From contig JAPDJW010000009.1 in the NCBI GenBank assembly GCA_029258885.1, positions 64,001 through 128,000 of the forward strand: 64,000 nt of DNA. The letters run 5' to 3'. Of the stretch, positions 9,669 through 18,570 are shown in pieces. The stretch comes from Thermoproteota archaeon (GTDB lineage Archaea > Thermoproteota > Thermoprotei > Thermofilales > B9-G17). Each line of letters starts with the position of its first letter. Positions within the stretch are counted from its first letter, which is position 1. The position numbers were made by a program, and so were the translations under genes. The notes below the pieces were generated by a model that was not told the origin of the DNA, made no database searches, and worked only from the letters and a program-made list of their open reading frames with translations.

Positions 9669-10667
9669 TTAGTCTATCTCTTCCTCGACAGCTATTTTAG
9701 TTAGGGATGTGCTTATAATCCTGCCATATTCCTCGACTAGAACCATTATTGCGGCTCTAGGCGGTATTATCCCTTTCTCGGTAATTATTGCATCAATATA
9801 CTCCGGTGGAGTAACGTCGAATGCCGGATTTCTTACAATAATATCACTATTTTTCTTAATGTATTCCTCAGGGACAACCTCTAGCGGGCTCCTCTCCTCA
9901 ATTACTACAAGTTCACCTAGAACGGTTGCTGGACTAAACTTATAAGTTTCGCTGGCGACAAAAAACCTAACCCTGGCCTCCTGTGCGGCAAGGGCTATCT
10001 GTGACGTACCTATTTTATTAACAACAGCTCCGTTGGCTGCAATGGTATCGGCACCTACAATAACCTTATCAATCTTCTTTATGAAGAACCTAACGGCCGA
10101 ATCCGTTATTAGAGTGACATCTATACCTAAATCCCTCAAAGTCCTGTAAGTTATAAGTCCCTGAAACTTAGGCCTAGTCTCGGTTGCGAAAACCCTAATC
10201 TCCTTCCCTGATAGGAAGGCGTGCCTTATAACGGATATTGCCGTCGAGCTATTACAGTGAGTTAAAATAGTATCACCACTTGAAATAAGCCTTGAACCTA
10301 TTCTACCAATCTCCTCAACAGCCTTCTTCGATATCTCAATAAAGCTCTTAGCCGAGTTGATAGCTATACTCCTAAGCTCACTAAAACCCATACCCTCCTC
10401 AAACCCCTGAGACACCCTTATTAGCACGTATCCAACAGCGTTCGGAAGAGAGACTGCCGTAGGCCTAGTAGACTTAAGGTAATCTCCAACCAAATTCAGG
10501 TAATCAACAAAGCTTTCAGGATCTCTAGATAAATCGTACTTCTCAGCAGCTATCTTCAAAGCCTTAGCCGCCGCTCTAGCTATCCTACCGGCCCCCCTAA
10601 TTTTCATAGATTTAATGCCTTCAGCTATCTTAACAACCTCGGGAGGAAAATACTGTGGCGCTACCAT
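9669..10667 (-). CDS. e2b2: Ribose-1,5-bisphosphate isomerase (eIF-2B alpha/beta/delta family)
   Basis: MKIRGAGRIA, RPTAVSL, THCNS (catalytic Cys), ETRP, GADTI (catalytic Asp), NKIGT, NPAFDVTP. Confidence 0.88.
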   Translation of the reverse strand: MVAPQYFPPEVVKIAEGIKSMKIRGAGRIARAAAKALKIAAEKYDLSRDPESFVDYLNLVGDYLKSTRPTAVSLPNAVGYVLIRVSQGFEEGMGFSELRSIAINSAKSFIEISKKAVEEIGRIGSRLISSGDTILTHCNSSTAISVIRHAFLSGKEIRVFATETRPKFQGLITYRTLRDLGIDVTLITDSAVRFFIKKIDKVIVGADTIAANGAVVNKIGTSQIALAAQEARVRFFVASETYKFSPATVLGELVVIEERSPLEVVPEEYIKKNSDIIVRNPAFDVTPPEYIDAIITEKGIIPPRAAIMVLVEEYGRIISTSLTKIAVEEEID

Positions 10668-11656
10668 AGCTTCACCTCAATCTCCTTCAAAAGATCATCG
10701 AGCTCCGGGAACTTCGGCGGCCAGCCATATATGTCTCTAAGTAGGAATATTACCGCCTCAGGCGCTACAAGTCCTTTCTCGGTAATTATTGCGTCAATGT
10801 ACTCGGGAGGAGTAACATCAAATATTGGTAGAATGGACTTCACATCGCCGAGCTCCTTGATGGCCTCACCAATAAACTTTTCGGACGGCCTCTTAATAGT
10901 CAACTCGACGAGCTCTCCGAAGATGGTTTCCGGGCTGAACTTATGGGTTGAGGATGCTATAAACACTCTAACCCTAGCCTCGTGTGCAGCCAGCGCTATC
11001 ATCGACGTACCAACCTTATTTATAACGGCACCGTTCGCGGCTATCGCTTCTGCGCCAGTAATAACCTTATCCACATCCTTCATAAAATACCGGACTGCGG
11101 AATCAACAAAAATAGTGACAGGAATTCCTAGCTCCCTCAGCTTTTTAGCCGTATAGAACCCCTCGGATCCAGGCCTAGATTCAACCACGTAGACCTTAAA
11201 CTTAACTCCTCTATCCCATGCCTCCTTAAAGAGCCTATAAACGGTACCGCTATATGAAATAGTTAAAATGGTCTCTCCGGGATTAATCCTCCTAGAGCCT
11301 ATGATAGCAACAGCTTCAACAGCCTCCCTTAACTCCTGTTTAAGCGCCTCAGCCTCCCTCTTCACGGAATCCTTAATCTTTTCAAAATCCCTAGTCTCAT
11401 CCAGAGCTATATTCAGCCTATGTAGAAGCCTCCTAAGAGAGTTGGCCATCATAACCGACGTAGGCCTAGCGGAATAGAGCTTCTCTACGGCAGTGGAACA
11501 GTATTTAAACGCTGTATTAATATCGCTTGAGTATTCGAAGGCCTTAACGAATACTTCTATTCCAGTAGTTACTACATCGGTTGAACTATATATGTTAAAT
11601 AGAGAGATATCTTCAACCGCCTTATCTAAAACATCGTAATAGTTAGAACTAGACAT
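10661..11656 (-). CDS. eIF-2B/R15Pi-family paralog lacking the canonical catalytic Cys and Asp
   Basis: Same family motifs (RPTSV, ESRP, NKVGT, FDVTPPEYIDAIITEKG), but TISYS replaces THCNS and GAE replaces GAD. Confidence 0.85.
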   Translation of the reverse strand: MSSSNYYDVLDKAVEDISLFNIYSSTDVVTTGIEVFVKAFEYSSDINTAFKYCSTAVEKLYSARPTSVMMANSLRRLLHRLNIALDETRDFEKIKDSVKREAEALKQELREAVEAVAIIGSRRINPGETILTISYSGTVYRLFKEAWDRGVKFKVYVVESRPGSEGFYTAKKLRELGIPVTIFVDSAVRYFMKDVDKVITGAEAIAANGAVINKVGTSMIALAAHEARVRVFIASSTHKFSPETIFGELVELTIKRPSEKFIGEAIKELGDVKSILPIFDVTPPEYIDAIITEKGLVAPEAVIFLLRDIYGWPPKFPELDDLLKEIEVKLW

Positions 11657-11892
11657 ATCATCACGGTTTTTGAATAATATTCATCACATAATTATTTTAT
11701 AAACGTTACTATGCCTCTCTGCACATTACTACGATCTTACGCATCCCTACAGCCGGAAGCTACTGGTTTAAATTCTGTAATTTAAATAGCAATACCATCA
11801 AAATTAATTATTATCATGGTGCAAACAATAAAGATTTATTAAATGATTAGGCTAAAAGAGTAGTGGAAACTCCCGTAATCTAGGGTGGTTAC

Positions 11893-13239
11893 TTGAGCTA
11901 CTTTAAAGATAAGGCCGATGAGATAGCATCCTTCCTCTCAGAGCTTATAAGGTTCAATACAACAAATCCTCCCGGAAACGAGCTTGAGGCAGCAAAGTTT
12001 GTGGCAGAAAAACTCGGAGAATACGGCATCAACTGTGAGATACTCACGAGCAACTCAAATAGAGGTAACGTTATAGCCAGGATATCTGGATCCAGCAGTG
12101 GACCACGTCTACTATTGCTATCACATTTGGATGTTGTACCAGCAAAACCTAGCGACTGGAGGCATCACCCATTCAGCGGTGAAATAAAAGACGGATACGT
12201 GTGGGGTAGAGGCGCGATAGATGATAAAGGCCACGTAGCAATGGAAGTATTCACATTGATAGCGCTCATCGAGAATAGGGTGGAGTTCAACGGCGAAATA
12301 ATATTTGCAACCACAGCCGACGAGGAGATGGGAGGAAAATACGGCGCTAAATGGCTTGTTGAAAACCATCCAGAGAAAGTTAAGGCGGATTACGTTATAA
12401 ACGAGGGAGGAGGCTTCGGACTACCAGCTGGAGACAAGATAGTCTTTGCCATTCAAACAGCCGAAAAAGGAGTGTACTGGTTTAAACTTAAGGTTAAAGG
12501 TAGACCTGGACATGCATCAATGCCACTAAGCGGTGAAAACGCTATAGTAAAGATATCTAAAGCCATTAAAGAGCTGGAGGAACATAAAATGCCTATAACA
12601 CCAAACATACACGTTAAACTATTTATTGAGACCCTAGCCTCAGCTACAGGAAAAGGACTTTTATCGAAAATACTCCTATCAAGAGCACTCGGAGAGCATG
12701 CTTTAAAGAGAATCTATAGGAGCGATAAATCCCTCGCAGCACTACTAGACGCTATGCTTAGAAACACAATCACACCCACCGTAATTAAGGGAGGATACAA
12801 GGAAAACATTATACCCGATGAAGTTGAATGCATATTCGACTGCAGGCTCCTTCCAGGCTTCAACGAGAAGCACGTCCTAAACCACCTCAAAGAAGTACTC
12901 AAGGGACTAGAATACGAGGTAGAATTCCTACACAAGGATCCATCAACCCAATCCCCAATAAACACCCAACTCTTCAACATAATAGATAAGGTACTGAGGA
13001 AAAACGTTCCAAACGCCATAGTCACCCCATACATGAGCACCGGAGGAACAGACTCAAGATTCTTCAGGAGAAAGTTCAACAGCATAGCCTACGGCTTCGA
13101 GCCGATAGTAATTGAAGGACCGTTAAAGGAGTTTATGTCAATGATCCATGGAATAAACGAGAGAATATCCATCAAAAACCTAGTATTTGGAACAAAAGTA
13201 ACCTTCGAGACGATAGTAGAGCTAATGAAGGCCAGATAA
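11893..13239 (+). CDS. M20/M25/M40 family metallopeptidase (ArgE/DapE/ACY1-like)
   Basis: SHLDVVP, WGRGAIDDKG, ADEEMGG, NEGG, GHASMP, GGTDSR, IHGINER. Confidence 0.93.
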   Translation: MSYFKDKADEIASFLSELIRFNTTNPPGNELEAAKFVAEKLGEYGINCEILTSNSNRGNVIARISGSSSGPRLLLLSHLDVVPAKPSDWRHHPFSGEIKDGYVWGRGAIDDKGHVAMEVFTLIALIENRVEFNGEIIFATTADEEMGGKYGAKWLVENHPEKVKADYVINEGGGFGLPAGDKIVFAIQTAEKGVYWFKLKVKGRPGHASMPLSGENAIVKISKAIKELEEHKMPITPNIHVKLFIETLASATGKGLLSKILLSRALGEHALKRIYRSDKSLAALLDAMLRNTITPTVIKGGYKENIIPDEVECIFDCRLLPGFNEKHVLNHLKEVLKGLEYEVEFLHKDPSTQSPINTQLFNIIDKVLRKNVPNAIVTPYMSTGGTDSRFFRRKFNSIAYGFEPIVIEGPLKEFMSMIHGINERISIKNLVFGTKVTFETIVELMKAR

Positions 13240-13285
13240 TCAAATAATAAATATATAATGAATGATTATTGTTAAGGTGAACTAA

Positions 13286-14176
13286 TTGGTAGACCTAATA
13301 CTGGCTGGCTCTTCCTCAATAATGCTCGCAGTGGATGTTGCAAGGAGAATGGGGCTGAACGCTATAATACCCGTCGTAAGAAAGTTTCCAGATGGAGAAA
13401 TATACGTGAGAATAACTAAAGCCGTCGAGGATAAAAGCGTAGCCGTAATTCATACGCTGGGAGGAAATCCAAATGACCTACTTATAGAATACCTACTAGT
13501 CGTAAAGACTCTCAAGGATCTCGGCGCTAAGGAAGTTATAGCGGTAATTCCCTACTTAGCCTACGCCAGACAGGATGCTAGATTCAAGGAGGGAGAGGCC
13601 GTTAGCGCGAGAATTATAGCCGAACTAATCGAGAGCGCAGGTATATCGAAGGTATTAACTATAGACGCCCACCTACATAGAATCGAAAGCATAGATAAAC
13701 TATTCAATATAAAGGCCTTAAACGTATCCGCAGTCCCAGAGCTAGCAAAATACATCGCCAACAACTACAGCCTAAGAAACCCAATAGTCGTCGGGCCCGA
13801 TGAGGAATCCGAGCAATGGGCTAAAGTAGCCGCCAAAGTCCTGAATACCGACTACATAGTTCTTGAGAAGAAAAGGCTGGGGGATGAGGAGGTAATCATA
13901 GAATCATCCGTAGACATAGTCAAGAATAGGGATGTAGTAATAGTCGACGATATTATAAGCACCGGAGGAACGATGGTTGAAACAATACACAAGCTCAAGG
14001 AGGCTAATGCAGGTAAAATACTGGTCTCGTGTATACATCCAGTGTTATCGGCCAACGCCTTAAATAAGATACTTCTAGCTGGAGCATACGATATAGTAGC
14101 GACCGATACTATTCAGAGTCCAGTAAGTAAAGTTACAGTTTCACCCGTAATAGCTGAAAATCTACCCAAACTCTAG
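13286..14176 (+). CDS. prs: Ribose-phosphate pyrophosphokinase
   Basis: KFPDGEIYVRI, PYLAYARQD, DAHLH, VGPD, IVDDIISTGGT. Confidence 0.96.
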   Translation: MVDLILAGSSSIMLAVDVARRMGLNAIIPVVRKFPDGEIYVRITKAVEDKSVAVIHTLGGNPNDLLIEYLLVVKTLKDLGAKEVIAVIPYLAYARQDARFKEGEAVSARIIAELIESAGISKVLTIDAHLHRIESIDKLFNIKALNVSAVPELAKYIANNYSLRNPIVVGPDEESEQWAKVAAKVLNTDYIVLEKKRLGDEEVIIESSVDIVKNRDVVIVDDIISTGGTMVETIHKLKEANAGKILVSCIHPVLSANALNKILLAGAYDIVATDTIQSPVSKVTVSPVIAENLPKL

Positions 14177-14328
14177 CCTACTTTTAATAGCTATTTCTAT
14201 TCTTCACAGCATATTTAGCCACTATAGGTAGTTTAAATAAGCTTTCCTATGCGAAAAATTTAAATATGTTTTTACGACATAATTTATTGTCTCTAAAACA
14301 AAAATTATTGTTTTAAAATGGTGGTATT

Positions 14329-15036
14329 ATGGATGGTGAAGAGAGGGAGGAGAAGGCTGAGGAGTTTGAGGTTGTTGCGGAGTGGGTCATTAGGAGGTTA
14401 AAGAAGATAGAGACGGACGACGTTGAGAAGGTTAAGAGGTGGGTTCTCACATCCCTAGGCTTGGATGAGCTTGCTCAAAACATCTACCTTTATCTCGAAC
14501 GGGTTGAAAGCAGTACTACTACTGAGATAGCTAAGGTTTTCGGTATAAGCCCAACTACTGCACGCAGTAAGCTTGATGATCTCCACACAGTTGGATTAGT
14601 TGACTATATTGGCAGGGAGTATCACCTCACCTACGATTCTATTGCTAAGGCATTAAACTACGTGCTTATTCCGAGGATAACAGCTACCCTGAAATCCATA
14701 GCTAGGGTTGCCGCTGAAGTTGAGAGAGGTATAAAGAAGAGTATTAAGGTTCATGTAAGTAGGAATGAGCTTACTAGGGGCATGGTTGAGGAGTTATCGT
14801 TCTTTGGAAGCACCGTCATAACTAGGGGATTAATTGAGGCATTCCATAACAGGGGTAAGAGGATAATCATTAAGGGATTCGGTAGTCTCGTTTTTGAAAA
14901 GGATATTGATCCCGAACTTGCTGATGCAGTTATTGAACGCATAGTATCGTTTGGCCCAGTTAAGATATCTAAGGATCTCTATTCAGCTATAGCTCACAAG
15001 TTTAAGAGTATGGGTAACTTGGAGCTATATGATTAG
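14329..15036 (+). CDS. Winged-HTH protein with C-terminal domain containing repeated (F/M)G(S/P/N)xx(I/F/L) units
   Basis: Central HTH-like segment STTTEIAKVFGISPTTARSKLDDLHTVGLV; paralogous to the next gene. Confidence 0.65.
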   Translation: MDGEEREEKAEEFEVVAEWVIRRLKKIETDDVEKVKRWVLTSLGLDELAQNIYLYLERVESSTTTEIAKVFGISPTTARSKLDDLHTVGLVDYIGREYHLTYDSIAKALNYVLIPRITATLKSIARVAAEVERGIKKSIKVHVSRNELTRGMVEELSFFGSTVITRGLIEAFHNRGKRIIIKGFGSLVFEKDIDPELADAVIERIVSFGPVKISKDLYSAIAHKFKSMGNLELYD

Positions 15037-15047
15037 GAGGTGGTTTT

Positions 15048-15770
15048 GTGGAGGAGAGTATTTTAGCTGAATGGAGGATAAGGAGGCTTAAAAAACCATC
15101 TGTAATAGAGAAGGAGGATGTTATTAAGTGGGCTCTATATTCCATAGGTGTGGAGGGTAAGAGTCAGGACGTATACCTATACCTATTGAATAAGGGCTCC
15201 TCAACAGTAGGTGAGCTAGCTAGGATATTTGGATTAGGCGAGGAGGAGGTACGTGGGATAATTGATACCCTATATACCTATGGACTCGTGGATAGGATAG
15301 GTAGTGAAGTTATTGTTGGGGATGATTTAGCCTCATCTATATCCAAGAGATATATACCTAGGCTTGAAGATACTCTTAATAGAATACTTGAGGTTCTCGG
15401 CGGAGTTTCCCCTGGAATAGCTAGGACTGTTAAACTTAGAGTTCAAGCTAAGTTTGACTTTGCGGGAGAGCTGGACTCTATGCTGGCTTCAATTGATAAG
15501 CTATCAGGGTCTGTTAAAGCCTTAAGAACTAGGATTAGCGAGTTATACGGGAGGTATAATCAGGAGATTATAGATGATATATCCGACGAGTTGGGGGATA
15601 TAGAGGATGAAATAAGCTCTATTAGGGAGGATATAGAAGATAAGGTTAGCGATCTGGAGGACTTTAGGGGTGATATGGAGAGCGAGCTTGAGAAGATAAG
15701 GGAGCGGATGAACTATGTATCAGAGAAGCTTCAGGAATTAGATAGGCGAATTGAGTCCCTAACCAAATAG
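15048..15770 (+). CDS. Winged-HTH protein with acidic C-terminal coiled coil
   Basis: STVGELARIFGLGEEEVRGIIDTLYTYGLV HTH; heptad- and D/E-rich C-terminal half; GGAGGTGG SD before GTG. Confidence 0.65.
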   Translation: MEESILAEWRIRRLKKPSVIEKEDVIKWALYSIGVEGKSQDVYLYLLNKGSSTVGELARIFGLGEEEVRGIIDTLYTYGLVDRIGSEVIVGDDLASSISKRYIPRLEDTLNRILEVLGGVSPGIARTVKLRVQAKFDFAGELDSMLASIDKLSGSVKALRTRISELYGRYNQEIIDDISDELGDIEDEISSIREDIEDKVSDLEDFRGDMESELEKIRERMNYVSEKLQELDRRIESLTK

Positions 15771-15861
15771 TCTTTTTCCAAGCACCTAAAACTCCTTATG
15801 ATAAGTGAAGTTCATCTCCATATCATATTTTACTCCACTAAAAATGTAATGTTTTCTTTGA

Positions 15862-16110
15862 ATTCTAAAGTATATAAATATATATCGTGGTATTACCGTT
15901 ACGCTGCTATTAAATGCTCAGCCTAGTCTCGTTTTAACTATTAAGAGTAAGCCTAGCAGTAACTATGATACAGTCTTCGCAGTACATGAATACGGTGATC
16001 CAATCTATATTGTTGGTTATGAGAAGTATCTTCCCGAGAAGAACGAGGGCTTTTGCATCGAGGTGAGGAGGAAAAAGAAGCAGCTTCCCCTGTCACCGCC
16101 GCTAAGCTAA
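15862..16110 (+). pseudogene. Startless fragment resembling one beta-propeller repeat of an archaeal surface protein
   Basis: Open frame with no ATG/GTG/TTG start: ...KPSSNYDTVFAVHEYGDPIYIVGYEKYLPEKNEGFCIEVRRKKKQLPLSPPLS*. Confidence 0.35.
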
Positions 16111-16294
16111 CATCAACACATAGTTCCCCCGTTTTCATTATAGTTTGATTTTATATTCACATGCTTCCTACTAGCTTGATCCTCCATTTTAATTCTCTAA
16201 ATATCTCCGCTTTAGGCACGACCTTGTTCAAAAATCTATTTTAGGTAAAGCAGGTTTTATAAGGAGTTTTAGTTTTCATAATTTGGTGCTGTAG

Positions 16295-17446
16295 TTGAGG
16301 GTTACGGTATTTACTCTTGAATTCCCACCGAACATTTACGGTGGGGTAGGAGTACATGTATCCAATATTACTAGGATTCTAGCGAGATATTGTAGAGTAG
16401 AAGTTAGGACTATAGGTGAAAAATACTCCTCTGAAAACTACCATGGTGTTCATGTTAAGAGATATCCATGCTGGAGTGATCTGATTTCAAGGACATACGA
16501 GAAGTTTAGGCCCGTATTTAAGGCGTACAGTATCAGCTTAGCTGTAAATAGTGAGCCTATAGACTCGGATATAGTTCACTTCCACACCTGGTATATGGCT
16601 CTAGGAGGACTATACGCTAAAAAGCTGTATAATGTTAAGCTGGTGGCTACAGTTCATAGTTTAGAGCCTATGAGGCCGTGGAAGAGGGAGGCTCTTGGCT
16701 CGGGATATAATTTATCCATGTGGGCTGAAATTCAGGGATTAAAGGGGTGTGATGCAATTATAGCTGTAAGCGGGCAGACTAAGGAGGATATAGTAAAGTC
16801 CTACGGTATAAGCAGGGATAAAATACACGTTATACATAATGGGATAGACGCTGAAGTATGGAGGCCTGGAGAGGATCTTCGAGTGCTTGAGAGATACGGT
16901 ATAAGAAGGCCATATGCGCTATTTGTTGGTAGGTTATCGAGGCAGAAGGGGATTTTCACGCTGGTCGAGGCGGCCAAAATTGTTGGTGAGAATTGTCAGT
17001 TTGTCTTTGCTACGGGTAAACCTGATGAAAGGAGTATTCTCGAGGAGTTTAAGAGGAAAATTAGGGATATAGATAATATTGTCTGGATAAATAAGATGCT
17101 GAATATCAATGAATTAATTCCCTTATATACGATGGCTTCCGTATTTGTCTGTCCAAGTATATATGAGCCATTTGGCATAGTTAACTTGGAGGCTATGGCC
17201 ACTGAGACGCCAGTTGTGGCGAGTAGGGTTGGGGGAATACCAGAGATAGTTAAGGATGGAGAGACAGGGATTCTTGTTGAGCCGAATAACCCGGAGCAGC
17301 TTGCCGATGCAATAACTTACCTGCTTGAAAATCCTGAGGAAGCCGTAGAGATGGGGAGAAGAGGTAGAAGGAGGGTTCTTAAGGAATTTACTTGGGAGAA
17401 GATAGCCGAGAAAACATTTAAACTATACTGCAGCCTGTTGGACTAG
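16295..17446 (+). CDS. glgA: GT4 glycosyltransferase, GlgA/GlgM (actinobacterial-type glycogen synthase / maltose-1-phosphate synthase)-like
   Basis: TLEFPPNIYGGVGVHV, HFHTWY, HSLEPMRPWKREALGSGY, CPSIYEPFGIVNLEAMA. Confidence 0.85.
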   Translation: MRVTVFTLEFPPNIYGGVGVHVSNITRILARYCRVEVRTIGEKYSSENYHGVHVKRYPCWSDLISRTYEKFRPVFKAYSISLAVNSEPIDSDIVHFHTWYMALGGLYAKKLYNVKLVATVHSLEPMRPWKREALGSGYNLSMWAEIQGLKGCDAIIAVSGQTKEDIVKSYGISRDKIHVIHNGIDAEVWRPGEDLRVLERYGIRRPYALFVGRLSRQKGIFTLVEAAKIVGENCQFVFATGKPDERSILEEFKRKIRDIDNIVWINKMLNINELIPLYTMASVFVCPSIYEPFGIVNLEAMATETPVVASRVGGIPEIVKDGETGILVEPNNPEQLADAITYLLENPEEAVEMGRRGRRRVLKEFTWEKIAEKTFKLYCSLLD

Positions 17447-17454
17447 CGGAATTA

Positions 17455-17688
17455 CTATACTATTACGGGGATGTTCGCATCCCTAAGTAGTTCTCTAAAC
17501 TCCTCAATATTCATTTGAGCAATCTTAGACGCTCGTCTAATATCGCCAAATTCAATATAATAGATTAAAGCCGCCCTTATTCTAGGCCTCTGTTTCCTAA
17601 TAAACTCCCAATTAGCCTCTCTTCTCCTAATCCTCCTGGCCTCCTCCTCAAGCCTACGCCACTTCTCAAGCTTCTCTTCTAAGCTCAT
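17455..17688 (-). CDS. Small HTH antitoxin-like protein (UPF0175-like C-terminus), copy 2
   Basis: GDIRRASKIAQMNIEEFRELL HTH-like segment; paralog of 18213-18446. Confidence 0.7.
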   Translation of the reverse strand: MSLEEKLEKWRRLEEEARRIRRREANWEFIRKQRPRIRAALIYYIEFGDIRRASKIAQMNIEEFRELLRDANIPVIV

Positions 17689-18428
17689 TTAAAACCTCCT
17701 CCAGGTCTCTTCTCGGAAAATAATGTCTAGTCTCACATTCATATTCTCTAAACACATCGAGAGGATTTCTAATGCTAATTATCCCTCGTATAATAGCTTC
17801 TCTTATTACCTCTAGGGCTCTCCATACAACTACGCTGCTTAGTTCACTGAATATATCAACACACATTAACGCGCCTCTATTTTCGGTAAGTACCACGTAG
17901 CCTCTTCTACGCCCAACGACTAGGCAAACCGCTTCAGGGAGATCAACGCCTCTCAGCCAAGGCATCCCATGCGTCATCTCTATAAGTCTTCTAGCTTCCT
18001 CTAATATCTCGTGGGTTTCGGTGAATAAAGCTAGCTCTCCCCTCGAGAGCAACTCTGAAATCCATAGAAGCGTATTTTCACTCCTAATTTCATCTAGAAC
18101 TCTCTCCGGTACGAATACAGTTCTAAACAATCTAAATAAAATATCTCTTCTTCTCCATCGAGACCAATCAATTAGAAAGCAGGTATCTGCTATCGCATAC
18201 AATACCTTACACCTAAGCAACATTAGGTATATTAGCTTTAATCCTCAATTCATTAAACTCCTCAATAGTTAAGCCAGCAATACGTGAAGCTACATATAGA
18301 TCTCCTGTTTCAACGTAAAACTTTAAGGCTACCTTTATCCTCGGAGGCTGATTATTTATAAACTCCCAATTAGCCTCTCTTCTCCTAATTCTCCTAGCTT
18401 CTTCCTCAAGCCTATGCCACTTCTCAAG
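17600..18428. repeat. 71-bp direct repeat (17600-17670 and 18358-18428), 66/71 identical
   Basis: ATAAACTCCCAATTAGCCTCTCTTCTCCTAAT...GCCACTTCTCAAG occurs in both antitoxin genes with 5 mismatches (manual alignment). Confidence 0.92.
17666..18223 (-). CDS. vapC: PIN-domain toxin (VapC/DUF3368-like)
   Basis: AIADTCFLID, VFVPERVLDE, DLPEAVCL, VLTEN PIN acidic motif set. Confidence 0.8.
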   Translation of the reverse strand: MLLRCKVLYAIADTCFLIDWSRWRRRDILFRLFRTVFVPERVLDEIRSENTLLWISELLSRGELALFTETHEILEEARRLIEMTHGMPWLRGVDLPEAVCLVVGRRRGYVVLTENRGALMCVDIFSELSSVVVWRALEVIREAIIRGIISIRNPLDVFREYECETRHYFPRRDLEEVLNELRREA

Positions 18429-18446
18429 TTGCTTTAAGTTCATCAC
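18213..18446 (-). CDS. Small HTH antitoxin-like protein, copy 1
   Basis: Overlaps the toxin start; GDLYVASRIAGLTIEEFNEL. Confidence 0.72.
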   Translation of the reverse strand: MMNLKQLEKWHRLEEEARRIRRREANWEFINNQPPRIKVALKFYVETGDLYVASRIAGLTIEEFNELRIKANIPNVA

Positions 18447-18570
18447 TATAATATGTAGCGAGGTAGCTTATAGATATTATCTTACAAGCCCCCAGTTTTT
18501 CAGTATTACTGCTATTAGTTTAGCCATAGATATAGAGAGCATTAATATACTCTAGTTGCTTAATTAAACA

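Noticed and set aside
15953-16138. 61-aa minus-strand ORF
   Set aside because: No motif; the plus-strand startless frame explains the region better.
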